From Antedon mediterranea (taxonomy: Eukaryota > Animalia > Echinodermata), in NCBI RefSeq assembly GCF_964355755.1, contig NC_092673.1:19899648-19963647 (forward strand): a DNA stretch of 64,000 nt, in the 5' to 3' direction. Both the position numbers and the translations under genes were made by a program. Shown one piece after another: positions 21,709 to 33,888 of the stretch. The first letter of the stretch is position 1. The number at the start of each line of letters is the position of its first letter. The notes beneath the pieces are model-generated. The model did no database searches and was not told the DNA's origin. It was given only the letters and a program-made list of their open reading frames with translations.

Positions 21709-24700
21709 ATTGTCCATCCGATAGGGCGCCACCATAGATCAAGGTTGTGTTTTCATGAAAAAAAAAATGTTATCAAATTCATGCTAACAACATATTAAAT
21801 TCTATTTTTGATTTTATGCAAATCATTTAATAAAAAATATATATTGCATTGTTGTTTTGACAACTCTTAACAACTACAATGCTGATTTTGCCATCCCATA
21901 AGGACTAACAACTTACATAAAATGCAATAAAATATAAAAAAACGACTAAAACAATTAAATCATATCATGACATTTAATACTTGTCTTGTAGCAAACAGTA
22001 CATTAATTATTCATCATAATTAGCAGTAAATTACACCGATTATAAATACAACATTATTAGGCCTATATTTATATTGTTTATTTAACTCAACAAACAACAA
22101 CAAATTAAACTGATTTTAAAATATCTTAATTAGCAGCAAATTACACTGATTATAATACCAAATTTACGTACATTATATATTTTCATATTTACCAACACAC
22201 TGATAATACAAAATTAAATATTACACTTTACATAATGTATTATTACAATTAGCAAAAAAATTCACCAATTATACATTACAAAATCATTAAATTGACATTA
22301 ACAATTTATCTCAATTAGCCTACCAATAAAAAAAACATTTTTTTAAATTTATATAAATTATTTATCTTCATTACCAATAAATGACACTAATTATAAATAT
22401 AAAATTAAGGCTACATTAAATATTTATTAGCCACAAATTACACTGATTATAAATATAAAAACATTTAACTCATTTAGCAATTTACACTGACTTTAAGTAC
22501 AAAATCATTAAATTTACATTAATTATTTATTTTAACTAACACCAAATTAAACTAAATACAAAATTAAATAATATCAATATGTTGAAGAGTGGTCTAGGTT
22601 AGTATTAGGCATTATTAGCTAAAGTTTAATTTTAGGCCTAGTTGTCGGGCGTAAGTCTTTTTCACACACGTTCCAGAATTCTCTCGCAGTTTTTTTTCTT
22701 TGCGGCATGTTATTTGATCGGCATATCAGTTACCTTTTATTCACCGCTAGTTATTGAACTTGTCCTGGCAATCGCTGTTCACTTTATTTGCAAGAGAGGT
22801 ACACGTTTTGATTTCCTAGACAATGGAATGTCAAAAATGTCTTTGGCACGCCGCTCAGAGAAAAGGCTGTGCGTTGGTTCTGAAACCACGTGCTATAGGA
22901 GAGGAATCGCCACAAGGCCGAATCCTCTCAGGGAGGGATTTTCTATCTCTCCGATCTACCGGGGTGAGACAAATATGATTTTAACTCTGCTATGTTTGAA
23001 ACACATGTTAAATCGATTGTAATCAATTTGTAAATTACACACGCTCGAAATATCAACAAGCATGGCAGTCAATTGATGAGTGTCGCTTATTGTTTATTGA
23101 AAGTTGAAGACTGTCGTTCAGATTTTTAAAATATCACACATACAGATGCACAACTTTTGAACAGTTCGGCACTTTTGTAAAAGTAAAATTGTAAAAGTAA
23201 AATTTGACACAATGAATATGTAACAATCGTTACATAAAAATAAACAACGTGATTAGTATATACACGAATCTGTTTAGATACCCTAGGCCTATTATAAAAA
23301 TATAAACAATTGATTATTTAGGCCTATAATATAACATAATAGAGGATATGCCTCGCACCTTTTTGAAATTGTAAACTATGCCTCGCACTTTTGGAAATGA
23401 TAAAATAATGCCTCGCATACCACGCACTTTGTCAACACTCCAAAAAAAAAAGCATCTGCCCCTTTTATCAAACACTATTAAAGAACTTGATATTGAACCA
23501 TTAACTCCTTGTTTATTATTATACCCAACCGGTTTTCTCAGCAAAACTTCCAATTGTTAGCTTATCGGGTCGTTAAAAGGTTTTACAATAGAACTGCAAC
23601 GTAACTAAAGTTACACAAGCCTATTGACGCGCCCCTCGATGTGCTGATTTTGCAAAACTTTTGTAACATAATGACCACAACTAACGGCTTACATAAAATT
23701 AAAAAAAACGACTAAAACAAATAAATCATATCATAATCACATTTAATAGGTATCTTGTAGCAAACAGCACATTAATTATTTATCTTAATTAGCAGCAAAT
23801 TACACCGATTATAAATACAACATTATTAGGCCTATATTTATATTATTTATTTAACTCAACAAACAACAAATTAAACTAATTTTAAAATATCTTAATTAAC
23901 AGCAAATTACACTGATTGTAAATATAACATAAGTATATTTATATTATTCATTTAACTCATTTACCAACAATTTACACTAATTTAAATCATTTTTAATTAG
24001 CAACAAAGTACAAAGATTAATAATACAAACTTTACATCTTAATTAGCAGCAAATTACAGTGATTATACAAAATGATTACACTTTACATTATCTATTGTAA
24101 TTTTTAAAAAAATCACCGATTATAAATACAAAATCATTAAATTTAGATTAATAATTTATCTCAATTAGCAAAATTATTATATTTATATTTTTCATTTAAC
24201 TCATTTACCAACAAATTACACTGATTTTAAATTATCTTAATTAACAACAAAGTACAAAAATTATAATACAAAATTCACATTGTTTATCTTAATTAGCAGC
24301 AAATTACACCAATAAAAATACGAAAATATTAAATTTACATTAACTCATTTACCAACAAATTACAGTGATAATACACATTATTACACTTTACATTCTATAT
24401 TGTAATTAGCAAAAAAATTCACCAATTATAAATACAAAATCATTAAATTTACATTAATAATTTAACTGAATTACCAATAAATTACACTAATTATAAATGT
24501 TTAAAAATATTCAAATTTACATTAATTATTAATCTTAATTAGCAATAAATGACACTGATTATAAATATAAAAATATTAAATTTACATTAATCATTTAACA
24601 ACAAATTACATCAATTTTTTTTTTTACTAATTTACTCGAACTGATTGTTAATTAAAAATTGGAGAGGAAAGACATTTCAGTGTTGACATTTTTAAAATAC

Positions 24701-24814
24701 AGTGTTTATTTAAACTTTTTCATCATGAAATTTCCAATTTGTGGGCTAGTTGTATGGTTTATAACATATTGTTTTTTAAACATTGAAATTGATAAACTTA
24801 TAATCAAAAATTCA

Positions 24815-26160
24815 ATGAAAGTCAATGTAAAGTCAAGGTGTTGTCGAAAGGATGTCGAAATTACGGTAGTCGAAAAATTTGAACGGAGGGAGTCTTCTAA
24901 GGGGCGGAGATTCTTCGGTGTTGGTTCAGTAATGAAATATAATGATATCAAAGTAAAACATTGCTATATAAATGAGACAGAAGGTGTACTAGCAAAACGA
25001 TTATTCATGTTAGAGATCGGAAGAAAAGTTATGATAACCGAAGTTAAACCAAATCTTGATAATAATTCATCGAGGTTCAAAGACAAATCTAAGTTATACA
25101 ATTAATGTATATTTTGTGTTAATATAATTGCTTATTTAATTTACAAAAGTGCCATTTATTTGTTATTAGGCCTATGTCTATGTTGATAAAATAGAATCTG
25201 TGCATCACTTTTTTAAACATTTAAATAGTCTAAAAATTTGAAACAGAGGGAGTCTTCCAAGGGGGGGGGGGGGGGAATTCCTTCGGTGTTGGTTCAGTGT
25301 TCGAATGTGGTGATACCGAATTAAGGAAGTGCTATATAAATGATACAGAAAGTGTAGGAACAGAAAGGTTATTCATGTTAGAAGTAGGAACAAAGGTTAT
25401 GATAACCGAAGTGAAACCAATCCTTGATAATAATTCGTTAAGGTTGACAGACAAATCTAAGGTATGCAATTAATGTATATTTTTTGTTAATATAATTGCT
25501 TATTTAATTTACAAAAGTGCCATTTATTTGTTATTAGGACTATGTCTATGTTGATAAAATAGAATCTGTGCATCACTTTTTTAAACATTTAAATAGATGA
25601 AATTATAATCTAAAAATTTGAAACAGAGGGAGTCTTCCAAGGGGGGGGGGGGGGGGAAATTCCTTCGGTGTTGGTTCAGTGTTCGAATGTGGTGATACCG
25701 AAGTAAGGAATTGCTATAAAAATGATACCAAAAGTGTAGTAGCAGAACGATTATTCATGTTAGAAGTGGGAAGAAAAGTTATGATAACCAAAGTTAAACC
25801 AAGTCTTGATAATAATTCATTGAGGTTGACAAATCTAATGTATGCAATTAATGTATATTTTTTGTTATTATAATTGTTTATTTAATATACAAAAGTACCA
25901 TTTATTTGTTATTAGGCCTACGTCTATGTCGATATAAAACATTCACCAGATGTATATATTCAATTATAAACTATTATTTATTAATATAATTAATTATATA
26001 ATTAAAGGAAACCCAAATATATATAATATAGCATCAGTTTTACCATCACATGTTACGATTTCAAGAAACAAAAAAATGTATTTATTGCCTTGTATGACAT
26101 AGTGATGTATCGACATAGTTATGTGGGAAGAAGCAGCCTCCAGAGTGTCGGCTGCTATGA
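24815..26160 (+). pseudogene. Three inverted copies of OB-fold gene exon 1 (24815-25095, ~25230-25461, ~25610-25840) plus intron and exon-3 fragments
   Basis: Translate to EKFERRESSKGRRFFGVGSV...RLFMLEVGRKVMITEVKP. Poly-G frameshifts, deletions or a mutated donor disrupt them. Confidence 0.75.
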
Positions 26161-26747
26161 CTAACAATAATTTACACTGATTTTAAATTATCTTAATTAA
26201 CAACAAAGTACAAAGATTATAACACAAAATATACATTATTTATCTTAATTAGCAGCAAATTACACTGATTATAAATACACAATTATTAAATTTACATTAA
26301 TTAACTCATTTATCAACAAATTACACTGATAATACACCATTATTATTACACTTTACATAATGTATTACAATTAGCAATAAAATTCACCAATTATAAATAC
26401 AAAATCATTAAATTGACATTAATAATTTATCTCAATTACAAATAAATTAAACTAATTATCAAAAAAAAAAAAATATTCAAATGTACATTTTTATCTTAAT
26501 TAGCAGCAAATTACACTGACTATAAATATTAAAATATTAAATTTACATTAATCATTTACCTCATTTAGAAACAAATTACATCATTTAAAAAAAAATTAAT
26601 TTACTGAAATTGATTACTTAAAAATTTGCAGGGAGCGACATTTCAGACTTCATATTTTTAAAATCCAATGTTTATTAAACTTTATAGGTTAGTTGGTTTA
26701 TAATAATATTGTTTTTTAAACATTTAAATTGATAAAGTTATAATTAA

Positions 26748-27195
26748 CAAATTTGAACGGAGGGAAAATCTCGAAGGAGCGGAGATATTTAGTGTTGGTT
26801 CAGTAATTTAAAGTAATAATACCAAAGTAAAAAATTGCTATATAAATGAGACAGAAGGTGTAGTACCCGTGTAGTAGCAAAACGCTTATTCATGTTAGAA
26901 GTGGGAAGGAAGGTTATGATAACCGAAGTTAAACCGAGCCTTGATAATAATTCGTAGAGGTTGACAAACAAATCTAAGGTATGCAATTAATGTATACCCT
27001 ATGAAACACCAAAATATAAAAAAGGTGTTTACATTAGGCATTAGCCTACTTAATTGTATCGACGTAGTTATGTGTGGGGGGGGGGGGGGAAGCAGCCTTG
27101 GGTGTGTCTGGTGCTATGACAAATCAAATTAACAATATCAGCACTTATAATGGAAAAAAAGGAGTTAAGAACTACCCTTCAACAGTGTTGGAGGT
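26748..27195 (+). pseudogene. Inverted decayed exon 1 + exon 3 copy of the OB-fold gene
   Basis: Homologous to the reverse complements of 37114-37335 and 34907-35095; frameshifted. Confidence 0.7.
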
Positions 27196-27414
27196 ATCTA
27201 TTTCCTTTATTACTTTTTTAAAATATTAATTAGCATTGTATATTTTGTAAATAAGATTATCATATATGTCTATTAAATAACCAATGTTAATTCAGTATAT
27301 TAATAAATAATGAAAGTAAATTTAATGATTTTACGTACAAAATCATTAAATTTACTTTTCAACAAATATATAAAATAAAAATGCATTAAAACAAACTTGC
27401 AAATAATTGTTACC

Positions 27415-29215
27415 TTACAAAAATTGAATATCGGTAATACACCCAAAACTATTGGCAGAATAATTCACACGACATGGCAAATTAACATTGAAATCAAAGT
27501 GTAGATCTTCTGATATGTGTAATACAGCATCATTTTCCATTAACATGTCAACAGGATACCTGCAATCAAAACAATCATTATAATAATCAAAATAGATATA
27601 AAACATAAAATTTTAAAGATGCATTGTCCCCCAAATACATGAAAAATTATTTTAAAAAAAAAAGGTTATTATCATCAGACTCTAGTTTTAATGAAGTAAT
27701 CACTTCCATAAAAAATAAAAGAAACAAAAATTTCCACATCTTAACCAAAAGCAACCATTTTGATTATTTTTGCCTTAAATTGCCTATACACATTTCACTG
27801 ACTTTTAGTCTTCTATTATAGTTGCTATTTTGGCGCTCCATAAAAACGTCAATATGCAAAAATTGACAAACCGTGTGCGAGAAACACGTCGTATTTAAAA
27901 TTCATCAATTTAAAGGATTTATTTGTTACTTTTTCTATAACTCCACATCGTAAAAGCATATATGAGGTTTAATTCAAAGGTGTGGTATTCAGGATAAAGT
28001 TCCTTAACAAATTTGGAGTCGAAATAAAGTTCAGGTACGAAACGAAACTAGCGCCGTTCATAACTGTGCTATAAGCCTAGGCCTAGCTTAAATAAAGAGA
28101 AAATGTTACCTTCATTAATGTCCCATTCTCGTTTTCTTCGGGCTTCCCCTGGCTGTTGACATTGACACCGTCGGTAATCTGACAAAATTACGAACAACTT
28201 CCATATTGACATTAAAATCAGCAATATTTGTAAAAACCTATTAACACAAAAGAAAAATAATCATTAAAACAAAATATGTATATAGGCCTAGACCTACCAC
28301 ACAGGTTGGTCATTTCTTACTTTACTTAATGAAAAAACATCAGAAAATGTTATTTATTAAAAAAAAATCATACGACTCAGAGTTTACAATTATACTGAGA
28401 TCACAATATGGGCATAACCATTATTATAATTCAATTCTAATTTTATCAATTTAAATTTTATTTTAATGTTATATAGCCTATATAGGCCTCTAGGCCTACC
28501 AATGGCCTACAACTAGCTAGTCTACAAATTGCAAATTTCATGATGACAAAGTTTAAATAAACACCGGATATTACAAATGTCAAGACTGAAATGTCCTTCC
28601 CCTCAAATTTTTAATTATTAAATAACTGAGTAAATTAATTTTTAAAAAAACCAATTAACTACTCCCTATTCCTTTAATTTAACGTCTGTTTATTATTCAA
28701 TTATTTATATCAACTGGTTTCTAAATCTTATTAAATGACATTGTATTAAACTATTATAATTGTTAACATGGATAAGTATATTTTTAGGTACCGTCTTAAC
28801 TTTTTAACTGATTTTGTTTTATATTAACATATAGGCATAGGCCTAGACGTGGCCTAGGACCTAATAAATAACAAATAAATGGCACTTTTGTAAATTAAAT
28901 AAACAAATATAGGCCTAGGTAGGCCTATAATAACAAAAAATATACATTAATAATAATTGCATACCTTAGATGTGTCAACCAATTATTATCAAGACTTGAT
29001 TTAACTTCGGTTCATAACTTTTCTTTCAACTTCTAACATGAATAATCGTTCTGCAACTAGGCCTACACCTTCGGTCTCATTTATATACCAATACTTTACT
29101 TGGTATCGCCACATTCGAACACTGAACCAACACCGAAGATCTCCGCTCCTTCTTGGAAGATTCCCTCCGTTCAAATTTTTCGACTAGTGTATATACAATT
29201 TACGTATTTTCGACA
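27415..29215 (-). pseudogene. Decayed duplicate of the OB-fold gene (exons 1, 2 and 5; exons 3-4 deleted)
   Basis: Exon 5 is open at ~27415-27559 (YPVDMLMENDAVL...DIQFL*). Exon 2 at ~28110-28237 has a deletion. Exon 1 at ~28965-29215 has indels. The segment equivalent to ~34262-35760 is missing. Confidence 0.75.
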
Positions 29216-30829
29216 TCCCTCTCTCCACAATCATGATACATACACCTTGGCTTTACATTGACTTTCTTTCCAACTAACTACCTAACTAGCTACGTGTACT
29301 ACTATACCTCAACTTTTGCGCATGACATTTTTTAACCAATCAAATGATCAATATAACAATAAAGTGCGCATGTTCAGTCATTACCAAAAACAGCAGTAAC
29401 TAAATGTCCAATCACAACGTAAAATATATCCGAAATATTACCCGATATGGTGACTAGCAATGAAAAAAAAAACTATGCTAGGTTGCAGCACAAAATAATT
29501 TAAGATTTAAATTGCTATCTTTATATTACATTTTGATGATGCCTTCAAGTTAAAAATTTGATTAAAAAAGGGTGTTTTGTAATTTGCAAAAAAAAATGCA
29601 GATTATAAATAAAAAATCATTAAATTGACATTAATAATTTATTTAAATTATCAATAAATTACACTAATTATAAATACAAAAAATTATTCAAATTTACATT
29701 GTTTATCTTCATTACCAATAAATTACACTAATTATAATACCAAATTTAATTATTTATTAGCAGCAAATTACACTGATTATAAATTTACAAACATTAACTT
29801 TACATTAATCAATTAACCCATACTTCATTATCAATAAACTACACTAATTATACATATAACATTTAGGCTGCATGAAATATTTATTAGCAACAAATTAAAC
29901 TGATTATAAATATAAAAACATTAACTTTACATTAACCATTTAACCTATTTAGCAACAAATTACACTGAGTTTAATTTATTTTACATTTTATTTAGCCTTA
30001 AACAATATCAAAACAACCACATATTTTTTTCTTTTTAATTTATTTTTAACATGTCAAATGCAGTTTTAATGATGCACTCTTTGCATTCCATATCTGTCCG
30101 TTTGTTCGTGTCGACATATTCAGTATCAAATGGCGATATTTATGTATTTTTTCAATCAATTGCTTGCTTCCAAGTATTATATAAGGTATGGTTTAAAGAT
30201 CTTTGGCTATGTTCGGCCTCGGAATGTTATACCACACTTAGGCCTAGGCTAGCCTGTAGGGGTCGTCGGTTTTGTGTTATGGGTCGTCCGTTTCGAGGTC
30301 GTTCACCGGGGTCGTCAAATTCTCTCGCAATTTTTTTTATTTACGGCATTTTATTTGATCGGCATATCAGTTACCTTTTATTCACCGCCAATTAGTGAAC
30401 TTGTCCTGGCCATCACTGTTCACTTAATTTGCGAGAAAAGTACACGTGTTGATTTCCTACATAATGGAATGTCAACAATGTCTTTGGCACGTCGCTCAGA
30501 GAGAAGTTTGTGCGTTGCTGCTGAGTGTCACACTATAACAATTATTGTTTATCGAAAGTTGAAAACTGTTGTTCAGATTTTTAAAATATGGCGCACACGG
30601 ATGCACAAATTTTGAAAAGTTTGGGCAGTTTTGTAAAAAAATAAAATTTGACACAATTTATGACTTGAATAAAAAAACAATCGTTACATAAAAATAAACA
30701 AAATGTGTTATACTTAGTTGTAAGTGAATACAACAATTGTCAATTATTAATAATGTATCCTTTATTAAAATACATAAAAAAAAAACAATGGCCAATTAAT
30801 TAATAATAATTCGTTAAATACTAAAGACA

Positions 30830-31182
30830 GCTGATGTACTAAGCAGCGGTAACTCTGCACCAGTTTGTTTGCGGTACCCCGATTTCAAAATCTTTTTCGT
30901 CCCTGTCATCTGCAAACAAAATATCGATCACCTCATCAACTGTGTCATCATCATTAGCAGCCATAAATTATGAATCAGTAGAAGTTTTTTAAAGCAAATA
31001 AAAAATGATTTTGAAGTAACAAACAATCAGATTATTCGATAATTTCAAGGATAATCATTCTCGGTGAACGAAGTTAGCTAAAATCTCATTTGAATGAGGT
31101 CATTCTACATGTCGGCTTTTCTCGCCATTGGTGGCTGGATGACGTTTTCCATTGTCGGCTTTTTTCGACATTGGTAAGATTA
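30830..31182 (-). mobile_element. Possible piggyBac-like remnant
   Basis: Absent from the paralogous segment near 23300-23490. Short acidic ORF MAANDDDTVDEVIDILFADD from ATG at 30964, a repeated tgtcggctttt motif, and a TTAA end. Confidence 0.3.
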
Positions 31183-33242
31183 ATATTGAACCTTTAGCTA
31201 TTTGTTTATTATACCCACCTGGTTTTACACTATCACAGCAAAACTTGCAATATTTAGCTTATCGAGTAGTTAAAAGGTTTTACCATAAAACTGCAACTAA
31301 AGTTACACAATGTGCTGATTTTGCAAAACTCTTGTAACCTCCTATGACCACAATGCTGAATAGCCATTTTCCTCATAACTGTGTAAGAACTAACGGCTAA
31401 CATAAATGGAATAAAATCAAAAAATGACTAAAACAATTAAAATCATATCACAATGGCATTTAATAGTTATCTTGTGGCAAACATTACATTCATTTTTTAT
31501 CTTAATTAGCAGCAAATTACACCGATTATAATACAAAATTATTATATTTACATTTATTTATTCATTTAACTCATTTAGGCCTACCAATAATTTAGAATAA
31601 TTTAAATTATCTCAATTAACAACAAAGTACAAAGAATAAAAAAAAGTACATTATTTATCTTAATTAGCAGTAAATTACACTGATTATTAATACAAAATTA
31701 TCAAATTTACATTAATAATTTAACTCATTTACCAACTAAAAATTACACTGATTAAATACAAAATTTACATTATTTATCTTAATCATCAGCAAATTACACT
31801 GATTATACAACATGATTACAATTTATATTATCTATTGTAATTAGCAAAACGAAAAAAAATTATTATTATAAATACAAAATCATTAAATTTAAATCAATAA
31901 TTTATCTGAATTACCAATAAATTACACAAATTATAAATAAAAAAATTATTCAAATTTACATTATTTATTTATCTTAATTAGCAATAAATTACACTAATTA
32001 TATACAAAATTTACAATAAATATTTATTAGCAACAAATTACACCAATTATAAATACAAGATTATTAAATTTACTGATTTTAAATTATCTTAATTAAAAAC
32101 AAAGTACAAAGATTATAATACAAAATTTAAATTGTTTATCTAAATTAGCAACAAATTACACTGATTATAAATACAAAATTATTAAATTTATGCTGATTTC
32201 CGTGTAACGACAACACGATGTCAAACAAAAACAGGTAATTTCAGGGGATGTTATAATGCATAATTTCTGTTTTTTACCAAATTGTGTGGTTGTTTTGGTA
32301 ATATTTAAGGCTAAATAAAATGTAAGCAAAATTAAAGAGATAACAGGTAAGACCACCTTTTAACATATTGATATTATTTTGTATTTATAATCAGTTTAGT
32401 TTTGGTGCTACTTTAAATAAATAATTATTGTAAATTTTATGATTTTCTACTCAAAATCAGTGACTTGTTGCTAAATGAGTTAAAAAATTAATGTCAATTT
32501 AATGTTTTTATGTTTATAATCAGTGTAATTTACTGCTAATATAATATTTCATGCAACCTAAATGTTGTATTTATAATTAGTGTAATTTATTGATAATGAA
32601 GATAAATAATTAATATAAATTTGAATTCTTTTATTTATAATTAAATAAATTTATATAATACAAAATTAATATATTTATATTATTCATTTAACTCATTTAC
32701 ATCATGATTTTAAATTATTTTAATTAACAACAAAATAAAAAAAATTATAATACAAAATTTACATTTATCTTAATTAGCAGCAAATTACACTGATTATAAA
32801 TACACAATTATTAAATTTACATTAATTAACTCATTTACCAACAAATTACACTGATAATACACAATTATTACACTTTACATTATGTATTGTAATTAGCAAA
32901 AAAATCATTCAAATTTATAAATACAAAATCATTAAATTGACATTAATAATTTATCTCAATTACAAATAAATTACACTAATTATCAAAAAAAAAAATTCAA
33001 ATGCACATTTATATTTATCTTAATCAGCAGCAAATTACACTGACGATAAATATAAAAATATTTAGAAACAAATTACATCATTTAAAAAAAAAAATTTACT
33101 CAAATTTAATACTTAAAAATTTGAGGGGAAAGACATTTCAACCTTCACATTTTTAAAATCCAGCGTTTATTAAACTTTATAGGTTAGTTGGTTTATAACA
33201 TATTGTTTTTAAAACATTTAAATTGATAAAATTATAATTAAC

Positions 33243-33670
33243 AAATTTGAACGGAGGGAATCTTCAAAGAAGCGGAGATATTCAGTGTTGGTTCAGTAAT
33301 TTAAAGTAATAATACCAAAGTAAAAAATTGCTTTATAAATGACACAGAAGGTGTAGTAGCAAAACAATTATTCATGTTATATGTTGGAAGTAAGGTTATG
33401 ATAACCAAACTTAAACCAACTCTTGATAATAATTTGTTAAGGTTGACAAACAAATCTAAGGTATGCAATTAATGTATTACTGTATGAAACACCAAAATAT
33501 AAAAAAAGTGTTGACATTAGGCATTAGCCTACTTAATTGTATCGACGTAGTTATGTGGAGGGGAAGCAGCCTTGGGTCTATCGGGTGCTATGACAAATCA
33601 AATTAACAATATCAGCACTTATAATGGAAGAAAAAGAGTTAAGAACTACCCTTCAACAGTGTTGGAGGTA
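33243..33670 (+). pseudogene. Inverted decayed exon 1 + exon 3 copy, tail-to-tail with the intact OB-fold gene
   Basis: Homologous to the reverse complements of exons 1 and 3; retains AAG|gtatg and GAG|gtatg donors. Confidence 0.7.
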
Positions 33671-33888
33671 TGTATTTCCTTTATTACTTTTTTAAAATAT
33701 TAATTAGCATTGTATATTTTGTACATAAGATTATCATATATGTCTATTAAATAATCAATGTTAATTCAGTATATTAATAAATAATGAAAGTAAATTTAAT
33801 GATTTTAAGTACAAAATCATTAAATTTACTTTTCAACAAATATATAAAATAAAAACGCATTAAAACAAACTTGCAAACAACTGTTACC

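Larger units (their letters stand above)
22000..33090. repeat. Blocks of degenerate ~50-60 bp AT-rich minisatellite (22000-22570, 23760-24620, 26160-26600, 29600-30000, 31480-33090; inverted block ~32370-32640)
   Basis: Recurrent 'ttaattagcagcaaattacactgattataaatacaaaatcattaaatttacatt' variants. Confidence 0.85.

Noticed and set aside
23340-23480. Three ATGCCTCGCA repeats ending in ...aaacacta (possible hAT end); also a possible Kolobok-like end at ~32190-32365
   Set aside because: Only single ends with no partner TIR or TSD; too little to call.
24659-25105. 148-aa plus-strand ORF as a functional gene
   Set aside because: It is an inverted copy of OB-gene exon 1 plus 5' UTR read in frame. 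The ATG is out of frame, the splice donor is mutated (aag/ttatac), and no intact downstream exons follow.
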